Origin: the human T2T-CHM13v2.0 reference genome, Homo sapiens
DNA length: 64,000 nt
Direction: 5' to 3' (one strand)
Assembly: GCF_009914755.1 (NCBI RefSeq)
Contig: NC_060938.1
The notes below the pieces were generated by a model that did no database searches, was not told the origin of the DNA, and worked only from the letters and a program-made list of their open reading frames with translations. Made by a program: the position numbers and the translations under genes. Shown here one piece after another: positions 12,421 to 26,317 of the stretch. The stretch's first letter is position 1, and each line of letters opens with the position of its first letter.

Positions 12421-15400
12421 GATTATTATAGTCATAATTATTCTCATCAACATCATTAAAGAGAAGGTATAGAGAAGCTTGGGAGGCCCTTGGAAGGAGA
12501 CCTAACATACCATACAGGTTCACTGTATAGTGAGCAACCCTGACAGTTGAGGACCTGAACAAAGTCCAGAATGGACTGGATGCTTTGTTCCCTTCTGAAA
12601 AATGTCCAGAATAGAATTGGGGAACTGTTGGGGTGGGGAGGAGGGGCATGAGAGGGGACCAAAGAGATGAGGGCTGACCCTGTAGACTGGGCCAGAATGC
12701 TGGGAGGATTCCCTTTTCGTTCACCACTTCAGTATCTGACATTTGCACCCGATTTACAGTTTAAGTAAAGGGCATAGATAAAGGCAAGAAGAGGGACAAC
12801 ATCAACACAAGGAGATTCCAGTCAAGCTATTTGCAGATTGCAGCTTGGTCTATTTTTTTATATGCCAAGCACACAGAATCAAGCTGAATATCCGCAGGCT
12901 GTCAACTTCTATATTCAATGAAAGGATAATTTGCATCAGGACCAAGTTTTTGCTAAGGGTATAGCTCTAGGGCTTTGAGAATGCTGTACCTGTATAGTTC
13001 TTGCCCTCAAGAAGTTTATCATTTATTTAGCTGAGGAGTTGAGACATCTATATAATAAGCTGTAATAAGATGATGTAAGACAGTAGCATGTTAGTGGACA
13101 GAAAAGAAGGACATGGAGATTCAGAGACAGAAGAACGTTTTGAGGAGAGACCTGCAGGGTCTCATCTCTACAGACCAGTGGCCAGTGGCCTATCAGAAGA
13201 TAGGTGATGTGGATGGATCCTGGGCCAGGTCTAGAACAAGGGCTGAATGACCAGTTTTCAAGGCCTGTTTTTTTGTAAGGCCAACTGTGGGGCCAACTGT
13301 GTTACTAGCTAAGGTATATTTCAAGATAACTACAAACCCTTTTTACAGTCAGATCAGAAATAGAATACAGGACATGAGGACAAAGGAAGAAAAGAGAGCT
13401 TTCTTGGAGCATATGGAATTAAAATTAAAATTCACTGAATTTTCAAGTCAGCAACCACCAGAACAGGAGCTATGATGAGGAAATACTCATCTGGGACAGG
13501 AATAGGCCACAAGGGGCTGGTCAGTCTGTCAGGTGCCTGGGCTCTTTCCAAGTATGTTTGTAGGGTAACCTACCCTGGTGCTGGTTGGGGAAGATAGAAA
13601 GGTCATTTTTGTCTCTGAGATGCGTGAGACAGTTTTGGTGTTTGCCAAAGTGTTGCAGATCTTCTGTTGTCTATGAAGACAGTATAAAGGTCATCTCAGA
13701 CATCTCACTTCTTCTTGGGTCTCCTCTTAACTCAAGCAAGGGCCTTGTGATTGTCAGAGGCAGGACACAGTGACTGTAGCCAGCTGTACAAGGTGTCTCT
13801 GAGCTCACCCATTTCAAGGGTGAATCAACGGGAGTTGGTCCAAAACTTGCCAAGAACAGTGAAAGTCACTGCACCTTTTACATTGTCACTTCTGACTAGT
13901 CATTAAAAGGCAGCTGATTGGGGATATATGAGGGACAATTATTCTTGGTGCAGTGCAGCCAAGAGTCATCCATTCTGGCCAAATGAGAAGAAGCTTAGCA
14001 AATTTAAGATATTTGATCTATACATCGCTCAAATCCCAGACGGTTCAACTGATTGTTTTGTTCCCCTACTAATTGTTTTTTGCCCCTGGATTGTTCCTGA
14101 CACCATGTTCAGAATGAATCAGTGGAGTGTAAAAATTATAGGACTCTTCTCTGCTAGCAAAGAAAAGTTGAGATTCCCAATGACATTGTTTTTCTTTATG
14201 GAAACTGATTCCTTAGTGGAGACTCTTTTGAGTATCTTTTGTTCATTTTTCCTGCAGGAAATTGACATATATTGAAGCCCTAGTGTGTTCCAGGCACTAT
14301 GTTTGAGGTTGGAAATGCAACAAACAAAAAATCCAAAACAGAAACACCAACTTGACACGGCCTTTACTTGTGAACAAGGGGTGTATAGTCCTCCCAGGAA
14401 GCAAAGGAAAATGTGAGAAATGTTTAACATGTGGTTAATGTTATGGCAGATGTCTATAGGGAAACAGTAGGACAAACAGGCAAGAATGGCCACTTCTATA
14501 TGGAAGGAGTGATGGCCCAGAGAAGGGGATCCAAGCTTTCTTGGATTTTAGATTTCCTATTTCTAACTTTAGGCATCCACTCTAGGCACTTCTGAAGAAG
14601 AATGAAGAAAATGTATTGGGTATTCTCTCTATACAGGAATGGAATACTTTTCGGATTAAGGAGCCCTGCCCCATTCACCATAACAACATCAACACAATCA
14701 CTCAGTTTGCCATTCTCTCTCTAATTTTTATTATGTAGAAGCATTCTAGAATCAAGTCTAAGTCTAGAATGGATCATTTGTACTAAATGTGTTAAGCCTA
14801 AGACAATTCTTAAGGCTGTGTGTCCCAGTAGCTCAAACTGTGTTCTCTACTGGAACTTCCTTGGGGGTGAGTCCATTGGTATAACTGGGCCCACACATGA
14901 ATGGGAGTGTTAGAAAGAAGCACTTGTGTATATACACTGAAGAAAGCATAGATGGAATGCTGAAAACTGGAGTTTTCATGGCCCAGGTCAGACACTAGAC
15001 ACTACATCAAAATAGACCAATGACCCAAGCAAAGTCAGCAACAGATAAATCTAAGAGACAATTCCTGGATCAAAGTCATCAGGCAAGTATAAGAGAGTCA
15101 GAGAATAAGGCCTGGGAAGTAGAAAGTGTGTATATGATACTAAGATTAATTTGCATGTGTATGTTTCTCTTACAGTAAAATTGGATAACTCCTGCTTCTA
15201 CCCTCATAAGAGTGCTTCTTCTGCCTGTGAAGATGAGCTACTCTAAATCTTGATGTCTAAAAATAGGCTTGATTGATATTGTATTTAGATTTTTTTCAGC
15301 ATAATCTGTTGCTATTCTAAGATGTAGCTGTCTCTACCTATCCCAACTGTTTAGCTCTAATTATTTTTGTTGGCTATTCATAGTGATGTGAGAGACGTCT

Positions 15401-15431
15401 CCATGACCTAAACAGCAAAGGCCTGTTTTAA

Positions 15432-15511
15432 CTACTTAATTCTAATCAGATAGGTTGAAATTCTTTAGTATCATAGAATACCACCTACCATCCAGTGAAG
15501 TCCTGTTGGAC
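15432..15511 (+). repeat. 80-bp dispersed duplication, copy 1
   Basis: 70/80 identical, ungapped, to 16923-17002. Confidence 0.93.
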
Positions 15512-15984
15512 AGAGGAAACAGTCTAGCTGGTCTTTAGCCTGCTCTGGAGTTAGTCCTACTTAAGGAGCTATGATCACTTGACCTGGGACAACATCTTAT
15601 CTTTGCTGGTATAGCCAAACTGTCTAGTTCAATTGGTGAGCATCAAGTTCCAGCAAGGCAAAGCCAAGGGTTTGATTTATTTGTACATCATGGAGCTTAA
15701 ATTTTAGACCATTGCTGAATCTATGCTCTTCCCTGAATGGCTTTTTCTAAACATATCCTGGCATTCATTTGGCAAGAAAGTAAATAAAGCTCAGCACAAG
15801 TTCATCCCAATGTCAAGAAAAATAACCTACAGTACAACATTTATCTGACATATGCACCAGCTGAACACGAAGAATACAAGTATTTTTACTTCTCTCCAGT
15901 GACTCTTGTTCCAGTGGGAAAGGCATGCAGGCAGCAGCTGCTGCTCCTCTCCATTCGGGGCCTCCCTTTTTAGGCAACCTCCTA

Positions 15985-16443
<459 letters not shown>

Positions 16444-16679
16444 GAAAATAGTAGGGTTGGCAGATACCGTTAGTGTTACCTGCACCTCATTCCTGTTTTG
16501 GTAAATGAGGAATTGGAAGCCCTGAGAAGTTAAGTCAACATCAGTTTAGCTTGGAATTGCTATAGAATGGTTAGAATTTATGATTCCTGATTCCTAATGC
16601 ATCAGGCTTTCCATTACATTGAGCAGCCTTTCCTTCATATATACTGTTATATACATATACTAGATGGTTATTAAATGTG

Positions 16680-17290
16680 GGAGGGCTCCAGGGTTTCTGT
16701 TTTAGGTCTCTTCTTGGCCTGCACGGTTCCCTTGGTGCTCTTATTCTTTGCCACGATATTAAAGGTCATCTATATGTTAGTGACTTCCAAATTGAGGTCT
16801 CTTGCCTAGAACTCTCCCTGAAATCTCAGATTCTTATGTCCCTAGTTGTCTACTTGACATCTCCATTTGGATATCTGATAGATTAACTTAAGCTACTTAA
16901 TTAATAGCTACTTAATACATAGCTACTTAATTCTAATCAGATAGGTTGAAATTCTTGAATATACTGGAAGAGCACCTGCCACCCTGTGAAGTCCTGTTGG
17001 ACTTAATCGTATCATGGAACAGCTTAATCATATCATTGAAAAGCAGAAATCTTGAGGTCTTCCTTCCTGCCCCAGACTTCTTTTACTTTCAGTTTTTCCC
17101 CTTCTTGGTAAATGGCATCCCTACTGTCCTTGGGCATTTTCTTTTATTTTTGTCCTATGATATTCAATCTATCTCAGCAAGTCTCATCCATTTCTCTTAT
17201 AAACCCATCCTGCATCTGTCCACTCTCTCTTCCATCTCTATCATTTTAGATCAAACCATACTTATCACTTCTTTGGACAACTATATAGCA
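16680..17290 (+). mobile_element. L2 fragment interrupted by a ~150-bp non-L2 insertion
   Basis: catctatatgttagtgacttccaaatt...ctacttgacatctccatttggatatct matches L2. Similarity resumes after ~17040. Confidence 0.75.
16923..17002 (+). repeat. 80-bp dispersed duplication, copy 2, with flanking micro-tandem repeats
   Basis: Matches 15432-15511. Preceded by agctacttaat x3 (15-bp period) and followed by a 21-bp unit x2. Confidence 0.93.
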
Positions 17291-19289
17291 TGTAGTATAT
17301 GATTATGAAAAATCCAAATTCATTTTGTGTCTTCTTTAGAATATTAAAGTTAAATTATTAAAATTTCTATATTCTCAACACAGTCTACCTTAAATAGCTT
17401 TAGTTTCAGTGGCTTTTGGTCCAGAAAACTGTAGGAAATGAAGCTATGATGCTTCTTTGGAATTAACTTCAGCATTAACATAGAGATTCCATAAACAGGT
17501 ATTTAGCTCTTTTCTGTGTCAGGCTTTGTGAGCTGATGAGGATATACATTTATATTAAGAGAAGACACACTTTCTGTCCTCCACGAGCTCACAGCACAGC
17601 AGAGGGGATAGAGACATAATCTGCAAACTCTAATGCAATCTACCAGTGTCAATGATTCAGGAAATAATCACAGGAAAGAAAAAGATAACAATTAGAAAGC
17701 AAGATATGACGCACATTTTATACCATTTTATAATTAGTTCTGGATTCACTGAGGTCTTGCTCAGACTATCTCACTGGTGTGGGAATAAGAGAAACCTGGG
17801 CTTCCAAGGTCAAATATAATAATGGTGGTTGCTTTCACTGGTCTCAGTGCTATTGAGGAGGGGAATCTGCGTTATGGCTGTGCCCTCATCCCTCGTAGGT
17901 TTCCAGATCCTTTATTTAAATGTCTGACCTGGAGATGGATCCTCTGACCTTTCTTTTCTGCAAGAATAAAATGAGGCAGTTGGGTTTCACGCTCTCTCAG
18001 GCCCTTTTCAACTCTAAAACTCTGATTCTCAAATGTCATCAGCTTGGCAATGCTTTCTCTTATCCCAAGGAGAGAGAGAAAGGTGAATGAAGGGCAGCAA
18101 TGTGAGTCCTTGTTCCTTACAATCCGCAGAACTGTCTGGATTAGGACTCGGTTTAGTTATATCAGCACTGCAATCAAATTTTCATCTCCCTGATTCATTC
18201 ATCCAAGAAAATGAATACCTTGGTGTACTGAGTACACTTCAGGTCCATCAGACCTGAGTTTTAATTGATGGATTAACGAATCGAACCTTAGATTTCTAAA
18301 GAGCATTAAAAGGCTGTTTCCTCTTTGGTCCATTGTTTACTCTTTTTGATAGATAATGACATGTATCTGAGAAAGGGGCTTCCCAAGAAATGTGCAATTC
18401 ATTTACATAAATCAAACTGTCTCCTTTTTTTTTTGTTTGTTTTTTTGCTTTTCTGTTGTTGCTTAAGTCATACAAATGTATCCCTGGTGACAGCCACCAG
18501 CAGAGCACAGATTCAGCCTCTTTTTTTTTTTAACTTCCGGTTCTGCAAGTTTCCCTTTCCACAAGCACAGGGTTTTATGATTGCAGAAAGCTTTTCCATA
18601 GTACATGAACCCTAGCTGAGAGTTATTCCACCAGGTGAGAGTCTGAGCTACCTCTGATCACAGCTGGTCCTGTTACTCTAAAAAAGAGTATCAGGATTGT
18701 AGATTCCGGTTATTCTAGAGTCTTGAAGGTTTCGAGGTCTAAGAAGGACAGGCTGGGGACTTTGGAGATCTTTTAAGAATCGACACCTGCATTCAACCTG
18801 AGAATGTGAGGGTCAGCACTTTGGTGCAGTGTGTGACAGCTGCTTATGAACCAACGGCACACCTGCTGCTGGCTGCAGTGCTGTCAAATGCAGGGACTCG
18901 GTGGCCATTTACATTGCCACTGTGTATCTTTATTACTGTGTGTGCTCAAAGCAGCTTAACTGCCAGCAGACATCTGCCCATAATAATGCAATAATTGAAA
19001 TGCTGCTAAATTATGAGAAACAAGTGCTTTGAAACACAACACAAGGGGATTGTTGCAGGCTTTTCTAGCATCTCTGGCTTCATGTTTCTTTTCACAGAGA
19101 GATGAATCCTTCTTCACTACAGTTTGGATTAAGAAGAAAGGAAAGTTAAAAGACCTACTATTTATTGAAAAAAATGATGTGCCTTCTCTATGTTTGGTTC
19201 TTAATATATACTGAGTCATTTAACCCTCACATCCACTCTGCAGACTGCATATTATTATCCTCACTTTCTACGTGAAGAAATTAAGGGCC

Positions 19290-19900
19290 ACCCAATTCAT
19301 TCTGAATACCTACTGAGTGCTACGTGCCAGGGACTGTGTTGAGCACTTGGGACACAAAGGCATTGACTGTGGTTCTCATAAATGTGCTATTATATTCTGG
19401 TATCTGAGCAATTGGGACATGAGTGTGGGGAGAAATATCATGGAAGGCATCACAGACTGGTGCCACTAGAGCTGAGGCTTGGTGGAGAATCAAAGATCTC
19501 CCCGGCAGACCAGGCAGGGGAAAAAAAATTCCAGGCAGAAGGAACAGATGTATAAAGGTGACTTCAATAAACAGTAAGTTTTCCATGTGGGTGGCATGTA
19601 GGGCTTAAAGAGTGAGGAGGAGGGATTTGAGGGGAAGTTTTCGAAGATGCAGCTGTAGGGGTGACAGGGCCAGCCAGCCATGAAACACTTTGCTCTCCCA
19701 ACAAGTTTAGGCATTATCTTATAGGAAGCATACCACGTTTAACAATGGGATAACCAGGTCAGATCACTGAGGCAGAAGATAAATTGAATACAGAAGACAG
19801 GAGACCAACAGGTCAGCATATAATAGTCCAGTTTGCATTGGTATTAATTCAGGAATGAGAGATAAGAGCCCTCCCTGAAGAAACAAGAGTGGAGGTCGAG
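19290..19900 (-). mobile_element. L2 fragment
   Basis: attcattctgaatacctactgagtgctacgtgccagggactgtgttgagcacttggg...attccaggcagaaggaacag. Confidence 0.7.
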
Positions 19901-22429
19901 TTTTCGAACATATCTGATAAATAAAAAAGGGGCAATGTCAATAGGACTTAGTTAGTAATCAATTACACACAGCTAAAGAATAGCTGAAATTGAATTAGAG
20001 CAAGGGTTTGGCCATGGAAGCCTTTTGCTTCTTCCTTTCTTCTGAGCCATCTTGAATCAGTGGGAGATTCTTAGGAGGAGTGGGGAGGACTGTGGTGACC
20101 ATTAAGCAGATGTAGCTGAGAGTCAAACCTACACCTGCTTTGGTCCCACTCGGAACATATGTATTTACCTTCTCACCTTCTCTCTGTGCCTCCGTTTCAA
20201 TATTTGCCATGACAATATTGGCAGTGGGTGTTTAACTGGCTTATTGTGAGGCTCCATTGTAGAATCAAAGTGTATAATGTGCTCACATAGATAACAAAGT
20301 TAATATTCCCCTTTCAGAATCTGGAGTTTAGCAATGCAAGAATTGAAAAAATGATCTGGCTGGTGTTTTTACTCCATTTTTTTTCTTGTGTGGTGGAAAT
20401 GACCCAGGTCTTATTTCTGTGTTTAAGGCATATGATACAGGTTAGAGTTTAAAATTGAGAAGGTTGGACCATAAGAGAACATACCAAAGCATGCCTTTCT
20501 TCATACTTTAAATGGTGTATTTGGAATTAAAATGTGACTCTTTTGTAATCCCGGGTTTTAAAGAATTGCATTAAAATGATCTGTTATGACTGTAGTGATC
20601 TCAACCAAGCTTTGGCATATGTTTGGTAGAAACAATGAGTTGTAGTTTGTCTCTCTTTGTCTTGTAAAACTGGCCATATTTGAAATTAAGCTAAAAGATT
20701 TTTTTTCCTTGGAGATAGAAAAATCATATTTTGAACTTCTCCCTATTCTGGTCTCTCATTTGGGATTTATAGTGATGACACCCGATACTGAGTATTACGT
20801 ATGTGTCTGTGCCTAGAGCACATGTGTATAGTTTTCCTCTAGCTTCTGAGAAGTTTTCTGTTTTATCATGGGTTCTGTTTTAATCCCACCAAGGACTGTT
20901 AAGAGGAAAAAGCAGCAAACATGTAGTAATCAAGAATAGAAGTCCCAAACTTAAAACCTAAAACTTGACTGACCCAACAAAAACCAGGCAGAGTATAAAG
21001 AGTTGTGTAATTACTTATCTTGCCAGTAGAATAGATGCTCAGATACTATCTAGCAAAACCACCCACCCCCAATTTTAGATGAAGAAACTGAGGCCTCCAG
21101 GTGGGAAATGAGTGGTCAATAGAATAGAATAGAATGTTCTTAGTCCCTCGTTTTGGTTCCTATTTATTGGCTTTTTCAAAGAAATATACATGCATCTGTG
21201 CATCTGTGCATATTTGTGAAGATATACTTTTATGTCTCATGATCTTCTAGGCAGTAGTCATGCCGTTATAGCAAAGCCATTTGGTAAATCTCCAGTAATT
21301 TGTTCTAACTGATAAATTTTATTTGAAATGTTGGCAACTGATTTAGAGGGAGGAAATGTGGAGGGAAGAGATGTATATATTTCTCTTCTCTTTCTGTTTC
21401 ATCACTCATCCCATCTTACCCCAACAAATAACCCAGCCCAACAGAGAGGATACTGGGGTGACAAGTACATCTGGAACTTGAGGCTGGACCCTTCAATATG
21501 AGTGGCTCTTGAAAGACCCCCTTCTGTGGGCTACTGGACAGCTATTTTTCTGCCAGGTAGATGCAGTCTTTCTTGGAGAAGATCATTTCATGCTTCTTAG
21601 CATGTTTAACCTTTATAGCAAGACACTCTTATCAAAATGACAAACCCCAACAGAGCCTTCTAAGAGGCCAGTAAATCAGAAGCCTCATGAAATCTGTGCG
21701 ATTAGCATGTTCCCCCTCTTTGTTTCTGCAGGGTAAGAAAGCCCTGTGCATTTCAGATTTCAATCTTCTCTGCAGGCCCCTTGTTTGAAACCTCCTGCTG
21801 TGGCTCACTGGTATTTAAATACTGTTTTCATTCAGTCACCTGGGGCCACATACTGACATCAGCTAAGGCTGGCACATTGTTTATCTCCATCAGCAATGTT
21901 GTAAAGAAAAGATAACTGCTCTGATGTTTGTTTAGTTGAATTCTCCCCATCCTGGAAAGCATCCTTTCTGGGTCTGAAGATAGCAGCTGATTCCTAATGT
22001 CATCATTCCTGTAGTAGCTCACTGTTGCTCAGCAGGATCTCATCTCCAGCCAGTTAGTTGTCTCTGATCTCTTTGTCCCATGGCTCAGTCTGTAATGAAA
22101 CTTTCACAAGCAACCTAGCATCTTCAGCCACTATAAGGTGGAGCCTCCTTCTGTGGAAATCCACAAAGTCAAGGCTATATTGAGAGTAGAGGTAGAAGGA
22201 GAAAAAAATGATGAATAACAGTTCTGTTGTCTGTATAGATGATAAAATATTTATTAGGGATTGTGGGGGGTGACTCTTTTATCGGAGTTTACACATCCAT
22301 ATTTTCAAGTTGGAAAGGACCTCTGAGGTTTTTGAGTCTAACTCAATATCTGATGCATATATACCCCTGGACAAAATTCCTAAATTGCTGTGTAGAGTCT
22401 ATAGGAATATGTACTCTTATCTACATATG

Positions 22430-22570
22430 ATGTACTAAATGCTTAGCAGTGGTTAGCTTATTTAATCTTTGCAATAACTACATAAGATATGTGCTATTTT
22501 CATTCTTAATTTATATCTGAGGAATTGGGGTTAAGGATAGGTTAAGTAACTTGCTCAAGGTCACCCAAGA
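22430..22570 (-). mobile_element. MIR fragment
   Basis: tatttaatctttgcaataac...ggttaagtaacttgctcaaggtcac. Confidence 0.7.
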
Positions 22571-22760
22571 ATACGTTGAGGTGATCTCTGGGTCTTCCAC
22601 TCCTGAGTCCTCTCTTCTGTGATCGATATACTTTACTACTCTCAGTAACAAGGATTCTCACCTCTTCATGAAGCAGCCATTCCATTTTTGGATATTACTA
22701 AGTAGTCTAAAAATCTTCCTTTCACTACAACTGAAGTCCCTTTTTTGAAACACTCTTTTT

Positions 22761-23037
22761 ATTTTATTTTGTTCCTTTTTTTATTATACTTTAAGTTCTG
22801 GGATACATGTGCAGAACGTGCAGTTTTTTTACATAGGTATACATGTGCCATGGTGGTTTGCTGCACCCATCAACCCATCACTTACATTAGGTATTTCTCC
22901 TAATGCTGTCCCTTCCCTAGACCCCCACCCCCTAACAGGCCCAGTGTGTGATGTTCCCCTCCCTGTGTCCATGTGTTCTCATTTTTCAACTCCCACTTAT
23001 GAGTGAGAACATGTGGTATTTGGTTTTCTGTTCTTGT
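22761..23037 (-). mobile_element. L1PA (L1PA7-like) 3' UTR fragment with TSD
   Basis: ttattatactttaagttctgggatacatgtgcagaacgtgcag...cccacttatgagtgagaacatg. TSD aaacactcttttt at 22748-22760 and 23038-23050. Confidence 0.92.
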
Positions 23038-23045
23038 AAACACTC

Positions 23046-23490
23046 TTTTTTATTGTGATAAAATACACATAACATAACATTTACCATTTTAGCTTTTTTT
23101 TTTTTTTTTTTTTGAGAGAAGGCCTGGCTCTTTTGCCCAAGCTGAAGTGCAGTGATGCAATCTCAGCTCACTGCAACTCCTGCTCCCTGGGCTCAAGCCA
23201 TCCTGCCAACCTCAGCCTCTTAAGTAGCTGGGACCACAGGCATGTACCATCACACCCGGCTAATTTTTGTATTTTTTGTAGACATGGATTTTCACCATGT
23301 TGTCCAGGCTGGTCTCGAACTTGTGAGCTCAAACAGTCTGCCCACCTCGGCCTCCCAACGTGCTGGGATTACAGGCGTGAGTCATCACACCTGGCCTCAT
23401 TTTAGCCATTTTTATGTGTATAATACGGTGGCATAAAGCACATTCACATTGCTGTGCAACCATAGCCATCATCCATCTTCAGAATCTTTC
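23046..23490 (-). mobile_element. L1MB-like 3' terminal fragment split by an AluJ
   Basis: ttattgtgataaaatacacataacataacatttaccatttta [Alu] ccattttta...cacattcacattgctgtgcaaccat. Confidence 0.8.
23094..23396 (-). mobile_element. AluJ element, antisense
   Basis: ccctgggctcaagccatcct is J-type. TSD cattttagc at 23085-23093 and 23398-23406. Confidence 0.93.
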
Positions 23491-23982
23491 TTTTGGCCTT
23501 GGTTCAGGCTTTGGGAGCTATACAGGATTTATTCACTAAAAAAAAAAAAAAAAAACCTTCACTAGGTGCTTATCATGCCATGGATCCTAGAGATGTCCAG
23601 AACAGGTCAAGCTAAAACCCTTCTCTACAATAGACCTTCAGTTATTCAAAGACAACTATCAGGTTTTCCACTGAAATGTTGTCAGTCATTCTCAGGATAA
23701 ACATCACTAGTTTCATTAACCAGTTCTCACCTATTGTGGTTTTAAGTTCCTTGCTGAGTTAATCCAGCAGTCATTGAGAGAAGTGGGGGAAGGTGGGAGA
23801 GGGTTCTGTGTTCTGAAAGGAATGATGGCTTCCAGTACTTCACAGGGGTCTTTGTGAAGCAGGCCATGCCCTTCCAAGGAGAAAGCATGTATTGTTAATG
23901 CAGTAACTCACATGAATATCAGATATAGTGACACATATGGACTATGGGTTTGTGTAGTTGGCAGGATTCACTGGTACATTTA

Positions 23983-24337
<355 letters not shown>

Positions 24338-25195
24338 TCAGGTAACATCACATTTACCACCTCGTCTTATTCCTCAAAATAGTCCTAGATTGAGTGTGTT
24401 AAGTCACATATCTCAAAAGCAAAGCTAAATTTATTTTTGACCATAGGAACATCTTAGGGTACCACTAGACAAGGAAATCATGATTTTGACGAGTGTCAGC
24501 TGACACAAAATCATTGAATGCTACAGCTGGGCAGGGCCTTAAAAAATCAACTATTCCAGTGCTTATAATTTGCAAAGAAATAACTGAGATTCAAAGTGAT
24601 TATATAACTTGCCCAAAGTTACAGAGGTAGTAAGTAGCCACGCTGGGACTTATCACTCAGTATTTTGAATCCTTGATGAGATCTGTCTATTCTAAAGCAA
24701 TTTCAGAGGTGCTCTTGCTTTGTACCTTTGGGCTGGTCCTTTGTAGCTGAGAGTAAGATGCTCCTGCTGTGTGGGTCAGAAGATTTCTTCACAAGCTCAG
24801 TGGGTCCTTGTGATTTTTTTTAACATGTAATCGTCCCTTTATTTATTGCAAATAAGCTTGGCAATTTATTTAGTTAGCAACTTATGGTCTGGAAAATCTC
24901 ATTATCCAAACCTTACATTATCAACACATCTGTTTAAAAAGAGATGCTTAAAGAAGTGGTCTAAATATGCAGATTCCTGATCATCTTGAAGAAGGGAACT
25001 ACTAAAAGGGCAACCTGGGAGGGAGTAGACAATTGTAGTGAGGCCATGAAAGCCACTGACATTCACACATAAGGGAGTATAAAAAGGGAATTCACATTTA
25101 TTGAGTACCTGCATGTGCCAGGTATAATTTGGTCCTTAAATAAGATGAACCAGGTTTGGAGTCAGACAAAACTGGATTTGTGGGGGCGGTGGGGA

Positions 25196-25700
<505 letters not shown>

Positions 25701-26265
25701 TTATTCTTCTCTCTTTTAATTTTTAGAGCAGATCTTATAAAGTTTGTGGTATCATTCAGATTTTTAGATACTTAAACCAAGGATCAGAAAACTAAAATAA
25801 ATTTCCATAGTCGCAATGTTAGCAAATACTAAAGGTAGGAATTTTTCACCCAGTCTATCAGATTTTCTATTATTCTTTGCCATTCATTTAAACAGGAGGC
25901 CTTAGAGGTGGGATTAGGTACTGTGGGAGGGAGAGAGAGCTGTAAGAAATGAGATGGCTTTTTTTGTTCCTCTTCCAACCTTGTCAGTTCTCTGCTTTAG
26001 GACTTTCCAAGGGGCAAACATGAGAAATACATTGGGATGGAAGCTGTCCATTTGGAGTAAATTCAGGATTGAGAAAAGCAGTCAGGATCTTCCACATCTT
26101 TTCATTCACACTGTTTGTTCCTAGGTGGTGGAGAAGAACTGTAAAGTTTCATGGGGCTGGTCCAGAAGAGCATGAAATGAGTACAGCTCAAAACTTTTGG
26201 CTCATCATAATTTATCCAGGGCTGCAAAATACCCTAACTCATACCTGCATATTTACCCACATGTA

Positions 26266-26317
26266 CAAACACACACACATGCACATGCACACACATGCAC
26301 ATGAATGCACAGACACA
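26266..26317 (+). repeat. Degenerate (CA)/(CATGCA) microsatellite
   Basis: acacacacacatgcacatgcacacacatgcacatg. Confidence 0.8.

Noticed and set aside
16891-17043. Repeat-spacer pattern as a CRISPR-like array
   Set aside because: Primate intron, only 2-3 short units and no cas genes. Better explained as a repair stutter.
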